Under the pieces are notes generated by a model. The model searched no databases. It saw only the letters and a list, made by a program, of their open reading frames with translations, and had not been told where the DNA came from. Below, piece by piece: positions 1 to 8,438 of a stretch of 56,966 nucleotides of DNA. The DNA is from Anaerolineales bacterium. Its GTDB lineage: Bacteria > Chloroflexota > Anaerolineae > Anaerolineales > E44-bin32. The translations under genes and the position numbers were made by a program. The stretch is from NCBI GenBank assembly GCA_023250385.1, contig JAHFAU010000001.1, positions 1 through 56,966 of the forward strand, read 5' to 3'. How positions within the stretch are numbered: the first letter of the stretch is position 1; each line of letters opens with the position of its first letter.

Positions 1-627
1 AACCTGCTGACCTCGGACATCCTGATCCGCTTCTGCGAGCAGATCCCCTACGCGTTCGTGGTGTTGTGGGCTGTGGAACTCAACGGGATCTCCCCTATCC
101 AGTTCGGTGTGCTGAGCGCGCTCGAGATGGCAACCGCGGTCCTGGTCTACATCCCGGTGGCGTACCTGGCCGACAGTAGCACGAAGAAGCCATACGTCGC
201 GGTGACGTTCGGTTTCTTCACGCTGTTCCCGTTGCTGCTGCTGTTTTCACACACCTTCTGGGCGCTGGCACTGGCGTTCGTGGTTCGAGGGCTCAAGGAG
301 TTCGGAGAACCTACCCGCAAGGCGTTGATCATGGACCTGGCCCCGGAAGGCAAGAAGGCCGGGACTTTTGGAGTGTACTACCTGGTGCGGGATGTGGTCG
401 TCTCGCTGGCCGCATTCGGAGGTGCGCTGCTCTGGGATGCCTCTGCGGCTCGAACGATCTTTGTGGTCCCCGGGCTTGGGCCGCCGGTGCGGGCCTTCTT
501 CGAAGCTGTGGCTTCGCCCACGGCCAACCTGCTTGTGGCCTTCTTGTTTGGGCTGGCCGGAACGGTGTACTTCCTGGTGTTCGGCCGGGACCTGGGAGCC
601 GGCCGCCCGGCGCTCGACCCGAACTGA
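1..627 (+). CDS. MFS-type transporter, C-terminal part (5' end lies outside the window)
   Basis: The frame is open from base 1 (NLLTSDILIRFCEQIPYAFVV...) to TGA 625-627. It has several hydrophobic helices and an MFS-like cytoplasmic loop (RGLKEFGEPTRKALIMDLAP). Confidence 0.7.
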   Translation, partial: NLLTSDILIRFCEQIPYAFVVLWAVELNGISPIQFGVLSALEMATAVLVYIPVAYLADSSTKKPYVAVTFGFFTLFPLLLLFSHTFWALALAFVVRGLKEFGEPTRKALIMDLAPEGKKAGTFGVYYLVRDVVVSLAAFGGALLWDASAARTIFVVPGLGPPVRAFFEAVASPTANLLVAFLFGLAGTVYFLVFGRDLGAGRPALDPN

Positions 628-1902
628 CTAAGCGGGCGTCGAGCGATTCGCGGCGGCCTCGACCTCCGTCAGACGGCGGGCGAGCAAGGCCCGCTCGGAG
701 GCGTTCTCGGCTAGGGCAAGCGCGCGGCGGTAGGCGGCGGCCGAATCAGTGTATCGATGCAACCGGCGGAGCAGGTCAGCCCGGGTGGAGTGCAGCCAGC
801 GGTATTGTTTCAATTCGTCCAACAAAGCCGGCTGATCGATGATCTGCAGGCCGTACTCAGGCCCAAGCGCCATCGCAACCGCGGCGGCCCGGTTCAGCTC
901 GATCACGGGCGACGGATTCAGTTGACCGAGCAACCCATATAACAGCGCGATCTTTGGCCAATCAGTCCGATCCGAGGTAGGGGATTTGGAATGCAGCTCC
1001 GCGATTGCGGCCTGCAGCTGATAGGGTCCGGGCTGGCCGAACCGGCGGGCACGTGCGAGGTGCCTGAGGCCCTCCTCGATTTCAATCCGATCCCAGAGCA
1101 GCCGATCTTGGTCCTCGAGCAGCAGGGGCTCGCCCGCGGCGGAGACCCGGGCCTCTCGTCGCGAGTCGTGCAGCAGCATCATCGCCAGCAGCCCCAGCGC
1201 CTCCGCCTCTTCCGGCAACAGCCTGACCAGCACCCGACCGAGCCGGATCGCCTCGGCGCACAGATCCCGTCGAACCAGCTCGTCCCCCTCGCTGGCAGAG
1301 TAACCCTCATTGAAGATGAGGTAGATCACGGCCAGCACAGCTGTCAGCCGCTCTGGAAGCATGTCATTCGGCGGTACCCGGTAGGGGATGCCGGCGTCCC
1401 GGATCTTGCGCTTGGCTCGGACCAGCCGCTGGGCGATGGTGGTCTCGGAAAGGAGGAAGGCCCAGGCAATCTGGCGGGTCGAGAGCCCGCCGAGAGTCCG
1501 CAGGGTGAGGGCGACCTGGGCTTCGAGGGCCAGCGCCGGATGACAGCAGGTGAAGATCAGACGCAGCCGTTCGTCTTGCAGCGAGCTGTCGTCACCGATC
1601 TCAGGCACGTCGCTCACCGCATGTCTGGCGGCGACTGGATCAGCGAGGGCCGCATATTTGTCCACACGAACTCGTTCGCGGCGGTGACGGTCGATCGCCT
1701 TGTGTTTGGCGGTCGTCGTGATCCAGGCGGCCGGATTATCAGGCACTCCGGATCGGTGCCAGCGCTCGATGGCAACCACGAAGGCGTCCTGAATCGCCTC
1801 TTCGGCGGCGTCGAAGTCCCCAAAGGTGCGAACTAAGGACGCGAAGACTCGGCCATATTCCTCGCGGAAAACCCTCTCCGCGACCTGAGCGGCACCCGTC
1901 AT
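628..1902 (-). CDS. ECF-family RNA polymerase sigma factor with a roughly 200-aa C-terminal TPR-like extension (ECF42-like)
   Basis: 424 aa. Region 2 reads [13 protein letters not shown]...[20 protein letters not shown] and region 4 reads [34 protein letters not shown], followed by a long helical tail. It lies directly downstream of a YciI gene on the same strand. Confidence 0.85.
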   Translation of the reverse strand: MTGAAQVAERVFREEYGRVFASLVRTFGDFDAAEEAIQDAFVVAIERWHRSGVPDNPAAWITTTAKHKAIDRHRRERVRVDKYAALADPVAARHAVSDVPEIGDDSSLQDERLRLIFTCCHPALALEAQVALTLRTLGGLSTRQIAWAFLLSETTIAQRLVRAKRKIRDAGIPYRVPPNDMLPERLTAVLAVIYLIFNEGYSASEGDELVRRDLCAEAIRLGRVLVRLLPEEAEALGLLAMMLLHDSRREARVSAAGEPLLLEDQDRLLWDRIEIEEGLRHLARARRFGQPGPYQLQAAIAELHSKSPTSDRTDWPKIALLYGLLGQLNPSPVIELNRAAAVAMALGPEYGLQIIDQPALLDELKQYRWLHSTRADLLRRLHRYTDSAAAYRRALALAENASERALLARRLTEVEAAANRSTPA

Positions 1903-1965
1903 GGGGAAGAAGCTTCCTCCCGCGGATCTGGCCAGCGCGCCGCGGGAGGTGCGAAGCTCAGACGT

Positions 1966-2322
1966 TTACTGTTCGAAGACTTGAACCGGGCGGACTTCGA
2001 CTGACCCACCGAAGGGAAGGTTGGGCATCTTTCCGGCCCACTGGATCGCGTCGTCGAGATCCTTGGCATCGATCAAATAGTACCCGCCGAGCTGCTCCTT
2101 GGTTTCGGCGAACGGCCCGTCGGAGGTGACCATCTTGCCGTTCTTGTACCGAACCGTCGTGGCGCTGGAAGTCGGCTGCAGCCCGTTCCCGCTCACGACC
2201 GTCGCGGATTTTCGGAGCATTTCGTCGAACTTGAACCACTCCTGCAGGCCGGCCGCCTGCTGCTCCGGTGGGATGTTCGCCTGCGCCTTCTCGTCCCCGT
2301 AAATCGTCAGTAAGTATTGCAT
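1966..2322 (-). CDS. YciI (DGPF-domain) family protein
   Basis: 118 aa: MQYLLTIYGDE...DGPFAETKEQLGGYYLIDAKDLDDAIQWA, a typical YCII-related domain. A strong SD (AGGAGG) lies 6 nt before the ATG. Confidence 0.85.
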   Translation of the reverse strand: MQYLLTIYGDEKAQANIPPEQQAAGLQEWFKFDEMLRKSATVVSGNGLQPTSSATTVRYKNGKMVTSDGPFAETKEQLGGYYLIDAKDLDDAIQWAGKMPNLPFGGSVEVRPVQVFEQ

Positions 2323-2376
2323 TGGATCCTCCTAATATTGGATGGTTCCAGCGCTCATGGCTGGTTTCACTAATAC

Positions 2377-2403
2377 GACGAACCGGTATCCTGCGATTCG
2401 ACA
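2377..2403 (-). promoter_or_regulatory. Candidate ECF42-type promoter (TGTCGA-N17-CGTC) for the yciI-sigma operon
   Basis: The minus strand reads TGTCGA (2403-2398), a 17-nt spacer, then CGTC (2380-2377), about 55 nt upstream of the yciI ATG. The motif assignment is from my recollection of published ECF42 work. Confidence 0.45.
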
Positions 2404-2467
2404 ATTTCGCCCGGCCTGGCAATGAACGGATTCGACCCTCCTAGGCTAACACAGCTCCCCCGAACGG

Positions 2468-2496
2468 TTGACACCCCGCCACACCTCGCTTACAGT
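2468..2496 (+). promoter_or_regulatory. Near-consensus sigma-70 promoter (TTGACA-N17-TACAGT)
   Basis: TTGACA at 2468-2473, an exact 17-nt spacer, then TACAGT at 2491-2496. No convincing ORF follows for about 360 nt. Confidence 0.5.
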
Positions 2497-2694
2497 CCCA
2501 ACGGTCGAGCGAAGAGGAATGGCCATCCATCCACAACGAGTCCGAGGCGAATACGCTGCGGTTTGCAACGTCGCCTAGGCGCAGCATTCGGTCACCCTCT
2601 TTACGCCCTACATTTCAGGTCGCACCATTTCATACATATTTGCTGATGCATCGCAGATCCCTGGGATGCTGAGCCATCAACCTTCCCATCAGTT

Positions 2695-2710
2695 TGTGAG
2701 AGATTTCACA
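2695..2710. promoter_or_regulatory. Perfect CRP/FNR-family palindrome TGTGA-N6-TCACA
   Basis: TGTGAGAGATTTCACA, about 150 nt upstream of the cupin ATG. A weak -10-like CAATCT sits about 20 nt downstream of the site. Confidence 0.5.
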
Positions 2711-2745
2711 GACGGGAGGCGCTGGTTGCAATCTCTACCCGAGGT

Positions 2746-2781
2746 CCGGCCGGATGGGGTGGGGATGGCCGGGTTCTGTTT
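2746..2781 (+). terminator. Hairpin plus T-rich tract (possible attenuator or terminator) with a G-run loop
   Basis: CCGGCC (2746-2751) pairs with GGCCGG (2767-2772). The 15-nt loop reads GGATGGGGTGGGGAT and is followed by GTTCTGTTTCC. Confidence 0.3.
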
Positions 2782-2862
2782 CCGCGGCGGGGTCGCCTGG
2801 CGGGTCGCGGTTGGCCTGGTTTGAGCGGCATCTGCGCAGCCCCTGCCTGGAAGGGTCCGACA

Positions 2863-3261
2863 ATGGTAAACAAATCAGCCAACAAACCGACGCAACCCAG
2901 CTTTCCCTATGCCACTTTTCTCAACATCCTTCACTCGCCATTGGAAACGATCGATCTCCAGGCACTGGTGGATGCCAACACTCATCCCTGGTACAACCAG
3001 ACTCTCTGTCAGGTGAACGACTCGGTCGTCCGATTAGGAGTATTCCACGGTGAATACCACTGGCACAAACACGACGATCTGGATGAGTTCTTCTACGTGG
3101 TGGAGGGGCGCTTCTTCGTCGATCTGGAGGGCCGCAGCGTGGAGCTGACCGAGCGCCGTGGGATTGTCGTCCCCAAGGGTGTGCTGCACCGAACTCGCGC
3201 CCCCGAGCACGCCATCGTGCTTATGGTGGAGGGGGTCGGCATCGTGCCGACCGGAGACTAG
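2863..3261 (+). CDS. Cupin domain protein
   Basis: Cupin motifs: GEYHWHKHDDLDEFFYVVEG...VVPKGVLHRTRA. The ATG at 2863 is preceded by GGAAGGG. The ORF-track start at 2821 is a TTG with no RBS. Confidence 0.8.
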   Translation: MVNKSANKPTQPSFPYATFLNILHSPLETIDLQALVDANTHPWYNQTLCQVNDSVVRLGVFHGEYHWHKHDDLDEFFYVVEGRFFVDLEGRSVELTERRGIVVPKGVLHRTRAPEHAIVLMVEGVGIVPTGD

Positions 3262-3267
3262 AGCGAA

Positions 3268-5106
3268 ATGCTGAGCACTCTCCGGCATCTGCTGGTTGGT
3301 TCGCCGCTCACCACCCAACAGCTCACTACCGAACGGGTCAACAAGGTCCGGGCGCTGGCGGCCTTCTCGCCGGATGCGCTTTCGTCCATCGCCTACGCCA
3401 ACCAGGAAATCTTTCTCGGGCTAGTCGTCGCCGGGAGTGCGGGCTTGGCCCTCAGCTGGCCCATCGGGCTCGCCATCACCGGCCTACTGATCCTGGTGGC
3501 CATCTCATATTTCCAGACCGTCCATGCCTATCCGTCCGGTGGCGGCTCCTACATCGTGGCCCGCGAGAACCTGGGCACGCTGCCCGGCCTGGTCGCGGCT
3601 GCCGCGCTGATGATCGACTACGTCCTGACCGCGGCGGTGAGCTTGACCGCCGGGGTCGCGGCGATTGCCTCGGCGTTCCCCTCGCTTGTGCCCCATCGCG
3701 TCTTCTTGGCCCTACTGGGGCTTCTTCTCATTACCTTGCTCAACCTGCGGGGTGTCCGCGAAACCGGCAGCGTAATTTCCATTCCGGTTTACCTATTTCT
3801 GATAACTTATCTGCCCATGCTGGCCTATGGCGTTGTGCGGGCGCTTATCGACGGGCCAGGATCCTTTAACCTTGCCGCAATCCCGCTGCAACAGCCGCTG
3901 ACGGCGTTGCTGATCCTGCACACTTTCTCCGCAGGCTGCACGGCGCTGACTGGCATCGAGGCAATCAGCAACGGGGTGCCCGACTTTCGCCCTCCAGAAT
4001 CGAAGAATGCTGGGATAACCTTGATTGTCATGGCTGCCCTGATGGCGGTGCTGTTCGCCGGGAGCATCGGCCTGACCCAATACCTGGCGGTCGTTCCCGG
4101 ACCGCAAGAGACCATCCTTTCGGCGCTGGCCCGGCGATTGTTGGGTAGCGGGCTGGCCTACCTGACGATCCAGGTGAGCACCTTGCTTATCCTAGTCGTG
4201 GCTGCCAACACCAGCTTCGCCGGATTTCCGCGCCTCGCCTCGATCTTGGCCCGCGACGGATTTCTGCCCCGCCAACTGAGCGCGCTCGGGGATCGGCTGT
4301 CCTTCAATAATGGAATCCTGGTCCTCACCGCCGCCACAGCGGCCCTCATCATCATCTTTCAAGGCGACTCGCATTCTCTCATCCCGCTGTTCGCGGTCGG
4401 AGTGTTTCTGGCCTTCACCCTCTCGCAGGTCGGCATGGTTGTGCATTGGTCTCAGGAACGGAAAGGCAACTGGTGGGTCAAGGCCGCGATCAATGGGGTC
4501 GGCGGCCTCCTGACCGCCATGACTTTGGTCATCGTCGGGGTGAGCAAGTTCGCCGAAGGAGCTTGGATCAGCCTGCTGCTGATTCCACTCTTGGTCGGTA
4601 TCTTCCTGCCGGTCCGGGCCCACTATCGCGATCTGGCCCGCCAGCTCTCTCTCCAAGGCTCGACAACCTCCCTTCAGAAGTTCGCTCCGCTGCGGGCCGT
4701 CGTTCCGATCTCCGGGGTGCATCGGGGAGATGTCGACGCGATCAACTTCGCCCGCTCGATTACCAAGAACGTGACCGCGGTGTATGTTGAACTGGACCCG
4801 AGGGCAGGCTCTCAAGTACAGCAGGAGTGGGCCCGCTGGTGGCCAGACGTCCCTCTGGCGATTATCCCTTCCCCCTATCGCTCAATCATCGGCCCGCTGC
4901 TGGACTACCTGGACCTGATTGACACTCGGTACAACGACGGCCAGGCGTCCGTAGTAGTGCTGCCCGAGTTTGTTCCGGCAAAGTGGTGGCAAAGCCTGCT
5001 TCACAACCAGACCGCCTGGTTGATCAAAGTCGCCTTGCTGTACCGCCGCCGCCGCAAAGGCTTCCAGCGGGTAATCATTGACGTTCCCTACCACGCCGCC
5101 CGCTGA
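3268..5106 (+). CDS. kimA: KimA-family (APC superfamily) K+ transporter with a C-terminal cytoplasmic domain
   Basis: 612 aa. Blocks I recognise from B. subtilis KimA/YdaO: SPDALSSIAYANQEI, YPSGGGSYIVARENLG, DYVLTAAVS, LTGIEAISNGVP, ANTSFAGFPRLASILARDGFLPRQL, and the C-terminal LPEFVPAKWWQSLLHNQTA. Confidence 0.75.
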   Translation: MLSTLRHLLVGSPLTTQQLTTERVNKVRALAAFSPDALSSIAYANQEIFLGLVVAGSAGLALSWPIGLAITGLLILVAISYFQTVHAYPSGGGSYIVARENLGTLPGLVAAAALMIDYVLTAAVSLTAGVAAIASAFPSLVPHRVFLALLGLLLITLLNLRGVRETGSVISIPVYLFLITYLPMLAYGVVRALIDGPGSFNLAAIPLQQPLTALLILHTFSAGCTALTGIEAISNGVPDFRPPESKNAGITLIVMAALMAVLFAGSIGLTQYLAVVPGPQETILSALARRLLGSGLAYLTIQVSTLLILVVAANTSFAGFPRLASILARDGFLPRQLSALGDRLSFNNGILVLTAATAALIIIFQGDSHSLIPLFAVGVFLAFTLSQVGMVVHWSQERKGNWWVKAAINGVGGLLTAMTLVIVGVSKFAEGAWISLLLIPLLVGIFLPVRAHYRDLARQLSLQGSTTSLQKFAPLRAVVPISGVHRGDVDAINFARSITKNVTAVYVELDPRAGSQVQQEWARWWPDVPLAIIPSPYRSIIGPLLDYLDLIDTRYNDGQASVVVLPEFVPAKWWQSLLHNQTAWLIKVALLYRRRRKGFQRVIIDVPYHAAR

Positions 5107-5114
5107 TCAGATTA

Positions 5115-7352
5115 TCAGTCCCGGTCCCCGTCCAGCTGGTACGGGACGTCGGTGATGACGACCCCCGTCTCCAGCGGCAGCGACAGGCGCAGCAAGGACG
5201 CCATCTGGGTGCGCATCAGGTTGGACCACCAGCGCGGCCGGACGGACTGGGGGACCACGATGGTCATCGACTCGTTCGGCTGGCGGAGCGCCATCATTTC
5301 CACGATGTATTTGAGCATCGGCTCCAGCACCATGCCGTGATCGGCCGGCAGGACCACCAGCCGAATCCCGTCCCCGCGGAGCTCCCACTCTTTGCGCAGC
5401 GCGTCGGCATCGGCTTGGTTGAGGGCCACGTGCACGGCCGTCACATCATTCGAGAGCGAAGTGGCATAGCGCAGGGCGGTCAAGGTGCCTTGATGCACCG
5501 CGTTAATCGGGAGAATGATCCGGTGGCGGGTGATTCGTGGGGGCGCGGGATTGTCATGGACAGAGGGTTGGGGGTCGGCGCGGCCGACAAGATCGATCGC
5601 CCGCTTGCCTCGGCGGCTAGGTCCGACCCGAATGGCGGCGGCCTGAGCGAAAAGCCGGTCCCCGCCGGCAAGAGCCAGGGCGGGCAATCGGCGGGCCTGT
5701 TGTCCCACTCCGAACAATTCGAGGAAACTCGCGATCGCGATCATCAGCCGGTAGCGATACTCCTGCATCCGGAAGGCTTGCCACTCGACGATCGAGCCCA
5801 TCGCCCCCTGCACCCGGGCCTTCTCGCGCACAATCCGATAGATCTGGGCCGGCGCGCGGTAGCCGAAAGGAGAGAGCAAGACGGCATGGGCGACTATCGC
5901 CAGAATGCCGAAGCCGAGCAAGGCAATCCAGCCGCCCTCTTCCCATTTGCCGATCAACTGGCCGATGAACACAGTTCCGGCCAGGACGGTCACGAGTGTG
6001 GCGCCTGCCGCGCCCCAGCGGCGTGAGCGCCCCGTGTAGTGAGTGAGCACATGTTTTCGAACTGCCAATCCCATCGCCGTAATCGGCATGAACACGCCGA
6101 CACCGTAGAAGGGGACAGCCACTGTCGTACGCCCGCGTACCAGGAACATGATCAGTACCGCCAACCCAAACGTTATCGTGACCGATCGGGTGAATGTCCC
6201 TCGCCGGTCGCGGTAGATGATGGCCTCCGGGATCCCGCCCATGGCCACATCGCGCCACTCGGTGGCCTGAGCGTCCTGGAGCGCGGTCATCGAGGCCGCC
6301 GCCAGCATCATTACCGCGACGATCTGGTAAGCCCAGAACAGGATGACGCCGCCCGGAATCTCGCTAAAGCCGATGAATGCCAGGTTCCCGACCAGCGTGC
6401 GGCCGAACGTGCCGTCAAACACATTGAATCGAATGGCAAAGACGGTCAGAAAGAAAGTGGTCAGCCCTCCGTAAAAGAGGAAGGAGGTCTGTACAAAGCG
6501 TCCGACGCCCGACTTGCCGCTGTAGAAATTCCAAAGCCAGTTAAGCCTCGAGAGGCTCTTCTTACCCCACTTGACAATCCCCGCATCTTCGTCCCGCATG
6601 AACTGGATCCCATTTGACACCGCCTCGAGCCCGGTCAGGGCAACCATGCCCTTCATCGCTGCCGTCAGCATGTGGAGCATGGCCTGCCCAAGGGTGGCTG
6701 CTTTCGGTGCTTCTCCCGGCGCGATTGGCGGAACACCCTTGAAATGCGCCATGAGCAGCCCGATGGCCAGCGTGATAGTTAGCAGGGCGAAGACAGCGAT
6801 CAGGGAGAACACAACCCGCGCCGATTCGCCCCGGCCGCGAATGGTCAAGTACCAGGTGACGGCCGCCAGCACTGCCCCCAGCCCAAAGTGATACAGCCAG
6901 TTCTTCCCGTAGAGGCCGATGATGGACAGCAACTGATCGCCGCCGGATAGGGCCGATACGACAATCGTGAGCACGTAGTCCTGAATGAGCGCCACTGCCA
7001 CGATCAGGCTCAATGTCGGCCACAGGTACCGTAAGGACGCCGTATAGGATCCTCCGCCTTCGTTGAACGGACCGAGCGAGAACATGTACAGCAACCCGAA
7101 GGCGAAGTTGGCGAACGCGATCACGGCAACGGCGATATAGGCATGCTCTTGCAGCCCATAGGGATGCAGGGCGCTCATCATTTCGCCGGTGGCATAGTAG
7201 TAAGAAGTGAAATAGTCCACTCCGAACAGTGCGAGCGCGGCGAGCAAACCGATCTGACCGGCGCCATGTACGTATGCGGTCTCGTCCCGCTCGCGTGGGG
7301 CTAGCCGGAAGGCGAGGAAGGCGACGAGCAGCAGCAAGATCAGCGAGAGCAT
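5115..7352 (-). CDS. Divergent KimA-like/APC-superfamily transporter paralog (745 aa)
   Basis: It shares core motifs (GGGSYTASL, QDYVLTIVVS, LTGLEAVSNGIQF) and the same C-terminal domain as 3268-5106 (VHQGTLTALRYATSLSNDVTAVHVAL...VVPQSVRPRWWSNLMRTQMA), but is about 130 aa longer. Confidence 0.7.
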   Translation of the reverse strand: MLSLILLLLVAFLAFRLAPRERDETAYVHGAGQIGLLAALALFGVDYFTSYYYATGEMMSALHPYGLQEHAYIAVAVIAFANFAFGLLYMFSLGPFNEGGGSYTASLRYLWPTLSLIVAVALIQDYVLTIVVSALSGGDQLLSIIGLYGKNWLYHFGLGAVLAAVTWYLTIRGRGESARVVFSLIAVFALLTITLAIGLLMAHFKGVPPIAPGEAPKAATLGQAMLHMLTAAMKGMVALTGLEAVSNGIQFMRDEDAGIVKWGKKSLSRLNWLWNFYSGKSGVGRFVQTSFLFYGGLTTFFLTVFAIRFNVFDGTFGRTLVGNLAFIGFSEIPGGVILFWAYQIVAVMMLAAASMTALQDAQATEWRDVAMGGIPEAIIYRDRRGTFTRSVTITFGLAVLIMFLVRGRTTVAVPFYGVGVFMPITAMGLAVRKHVLTHYTGRSRRWGAAGATLVTVLAGTVFIGQLIGKWEEGGWIALLGFGILAIVAHAVLLSPFGYRAPAQIYRIVREKARVQGAMGSIVEWQAFRMQEYRYRLMIAIASFLELFGVGQQARRLPALALAGGDRLFAQAAAIRVGPSRRGKRAIDLVGRADPQPSVHDNPAPPRITRHRIILPINAVHQGTLTALRYATSLSNDVTAVHVALNQADADALRKEWELRGDGIRLVVLPADHGMVLEPMLKYIVEMMALRQPNESMTIVVPQSVRPRWWSNLMRTQMASLLRLSLPLETGVVITDVPYQLDGDRD

Positions 7353-7388
7353 CTCATGACCTCATAGGGGCAACGGCGGAATGAAGGA

Positions 7389-7586
7389 CTAGGCTTGGGC
7401 GCGCCGATAAGACCAGCGCTCCCAAAGCCAGATCAAGCGGACCTCCACGATCACCGATAGGGCAAGCAAGGCATCGTGCAGGCGGCCCGAACCCAGCGGC
7501 TGCAAATGAACCTGCAGCCAGAAGAACCCCAGGACGAGTCCGAACGGGATGATCCAATCTAAGATCCGCAACAACCAACTCTTCAT
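7389..7586 (-). CDS. Small predicted 2-TM membrane protein
   Basis: Starts at ATG 7586 (MKSWLLRILDWIIPFGLVLGFFWLQ...) and ends 36 nt upstream of the KimA-like paralog. No clear SD and no recognisable family. Confidence 0.4.
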   Translation of the reverse strand: MKSWLLRILDWIIPFGLVLGFFWLQVHLQPLGSGRLHDALLALSVIVEVRLIWLWERWSYRRAQA

Positions 7587-7682
7587 TGAATGCTCGGCCG
7601 GCCGGACCGGCCAAGTCCTCAACTCCAACCGTAGCACCTTGAAATAAGGCCGGCACAAAGCCCGGGACCAACTTCATAAAGG

Positions 7683-7716
7683 ACAAATAAAACAAAAGAC
7701 GCCCTTCACGGGCGTC
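7683..7716 (-). terminator. Rho-independent terminator after kdpE
   Basis: The minus strand reads GACGCCC-GTGAA-GGGCGTC followed by TTTTGTTTTATTTGT, 24 nt after the kdpE stop. Confidence 0.75.
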
Positions 7717-7739
7717 TGGGGTGGGCCAGGTGCCTGAGG

Positions 7740-8438
7740 CTAGTCGTCGGCCAGGAAGCGGTAGCCTACTCCGGGCTCGGTCAAGACGTACTGCGGGCGC
7801 TCGGGATCCGGCTCGAGTTTCTTCCGGAGCTGGCGGACATACACCCGCAGGTACTCCACGTGGTCGGCCTCCGTCGGGCCCCAGACCGAAGTCAGGATTC
7901 CGCGATGGGTAAGCACCCGCCCGGCGTTCGCGGCCAGATAGGCCAGCAGGCGAAATTCGGTTGCAGTGAGTTCGACCTCCTCGCCGTCCCGCCGAACGGA
8001 ATGCTGCGCCAGATCGATTCGGATCGGCCCGGCGGTCACACTAGCTTCGCCGAGGCTTCCCAGCAGGCGGGCGTCGTGCCGGAGCGCGACTCGGATCCGC
8101 GCCAGCAGCTCCTCGATGCTGAATGGCTTGGTCAAGTAGTCGTCGGCACCCTTGTCGAGCGCTTCAACCTTGTCGGCATCTCTCTCCCGGACCGAGAGCA
8201 CGATGATCGGGATTTGAGTCCACTCTCGCAGTCGCTCGATCACCGTCACGCCGTCCAGGTCCGGGAGCCCGAGGTCGAGGATGATCACGTCTGGGGGATC
8301 GGCGGCCGCCCGGGCCAGGCCTTCCTCCCCTCGGGTCGCGGTGGTTACCTCGAAACGTTTCTCGCCCAAGATCGTCCGCAGGGCGCGCAGAATCTGAGGT
8401 TCGTCATCAATGACCAGGACTCGGGGCCGGCTCGTCAT
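7740..8438 (-). CDS. kdpE: OmpR-family response regulator, KdpE-like
   Basis: Starts at ATG 8438 (MTSRPRVLVIDDEPQI...), in an ATGA overlap with the kinase stop. The output domain closely resembles E. coli KdpE (TEFRLLAYLAANAGRVLTHRGILTSVWGP...YLRVYVRQLRKKLEPDPERPQYVLTEPGVGYRF). Confidence 0.85.
   Translation of the reverse strand: MTSRPRVLVIDDEPQILRALRTILGEKRFEVTTATRGEEGLARAAADPPDVIILDLGLPDLDGVTVIERLREWTQIPIIVLSVRERDADKVEALDKGADDYLTKPFSIEELLARIRVALRHDARLLGSLGEASVTAGPIRIDLAQHSVRRDGEEVELTATEFRLLAYLAANAGRVLTHRGILTSVWGPTEADHVEYLRVYVRQLRKKLEPDPERPQYVLTEPGVGYRFLADD

Noticed and set aside
991-1836. A 281-aa plus-strand ORF inside the sigma-factor gene.
   Set aside because: It is antisense to a well-supported CDS, is Arg/Pro/Gly-rich, has no RBS and matches no family. 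This is a typical high-GC shadow ORF.
2500-2862. A possible ydaO-class c-di-AMP riboswitch upstream of the cupin-kimA genes.
   Set aside because: I found fragments resembling conserved ydaO blocks (ACGGGAGG, ACCCGAGGUCCG, GGGGUG). They occur in the wrong order, and I could not build the pseudo-symmetric fold by hand. In GC-rich DNA such fragments arise by chance. A cmsearch with RF00379 would settle it.
5107-5114. A terminator or regulatory palindrome between the convergent KimA-family genes.
   Set aside because: Only 8 nt (TCAGATTA) separate the stops. The flanking TGATCAGATTATCA is only a partial palindrome and cannot form a stable hairpin.
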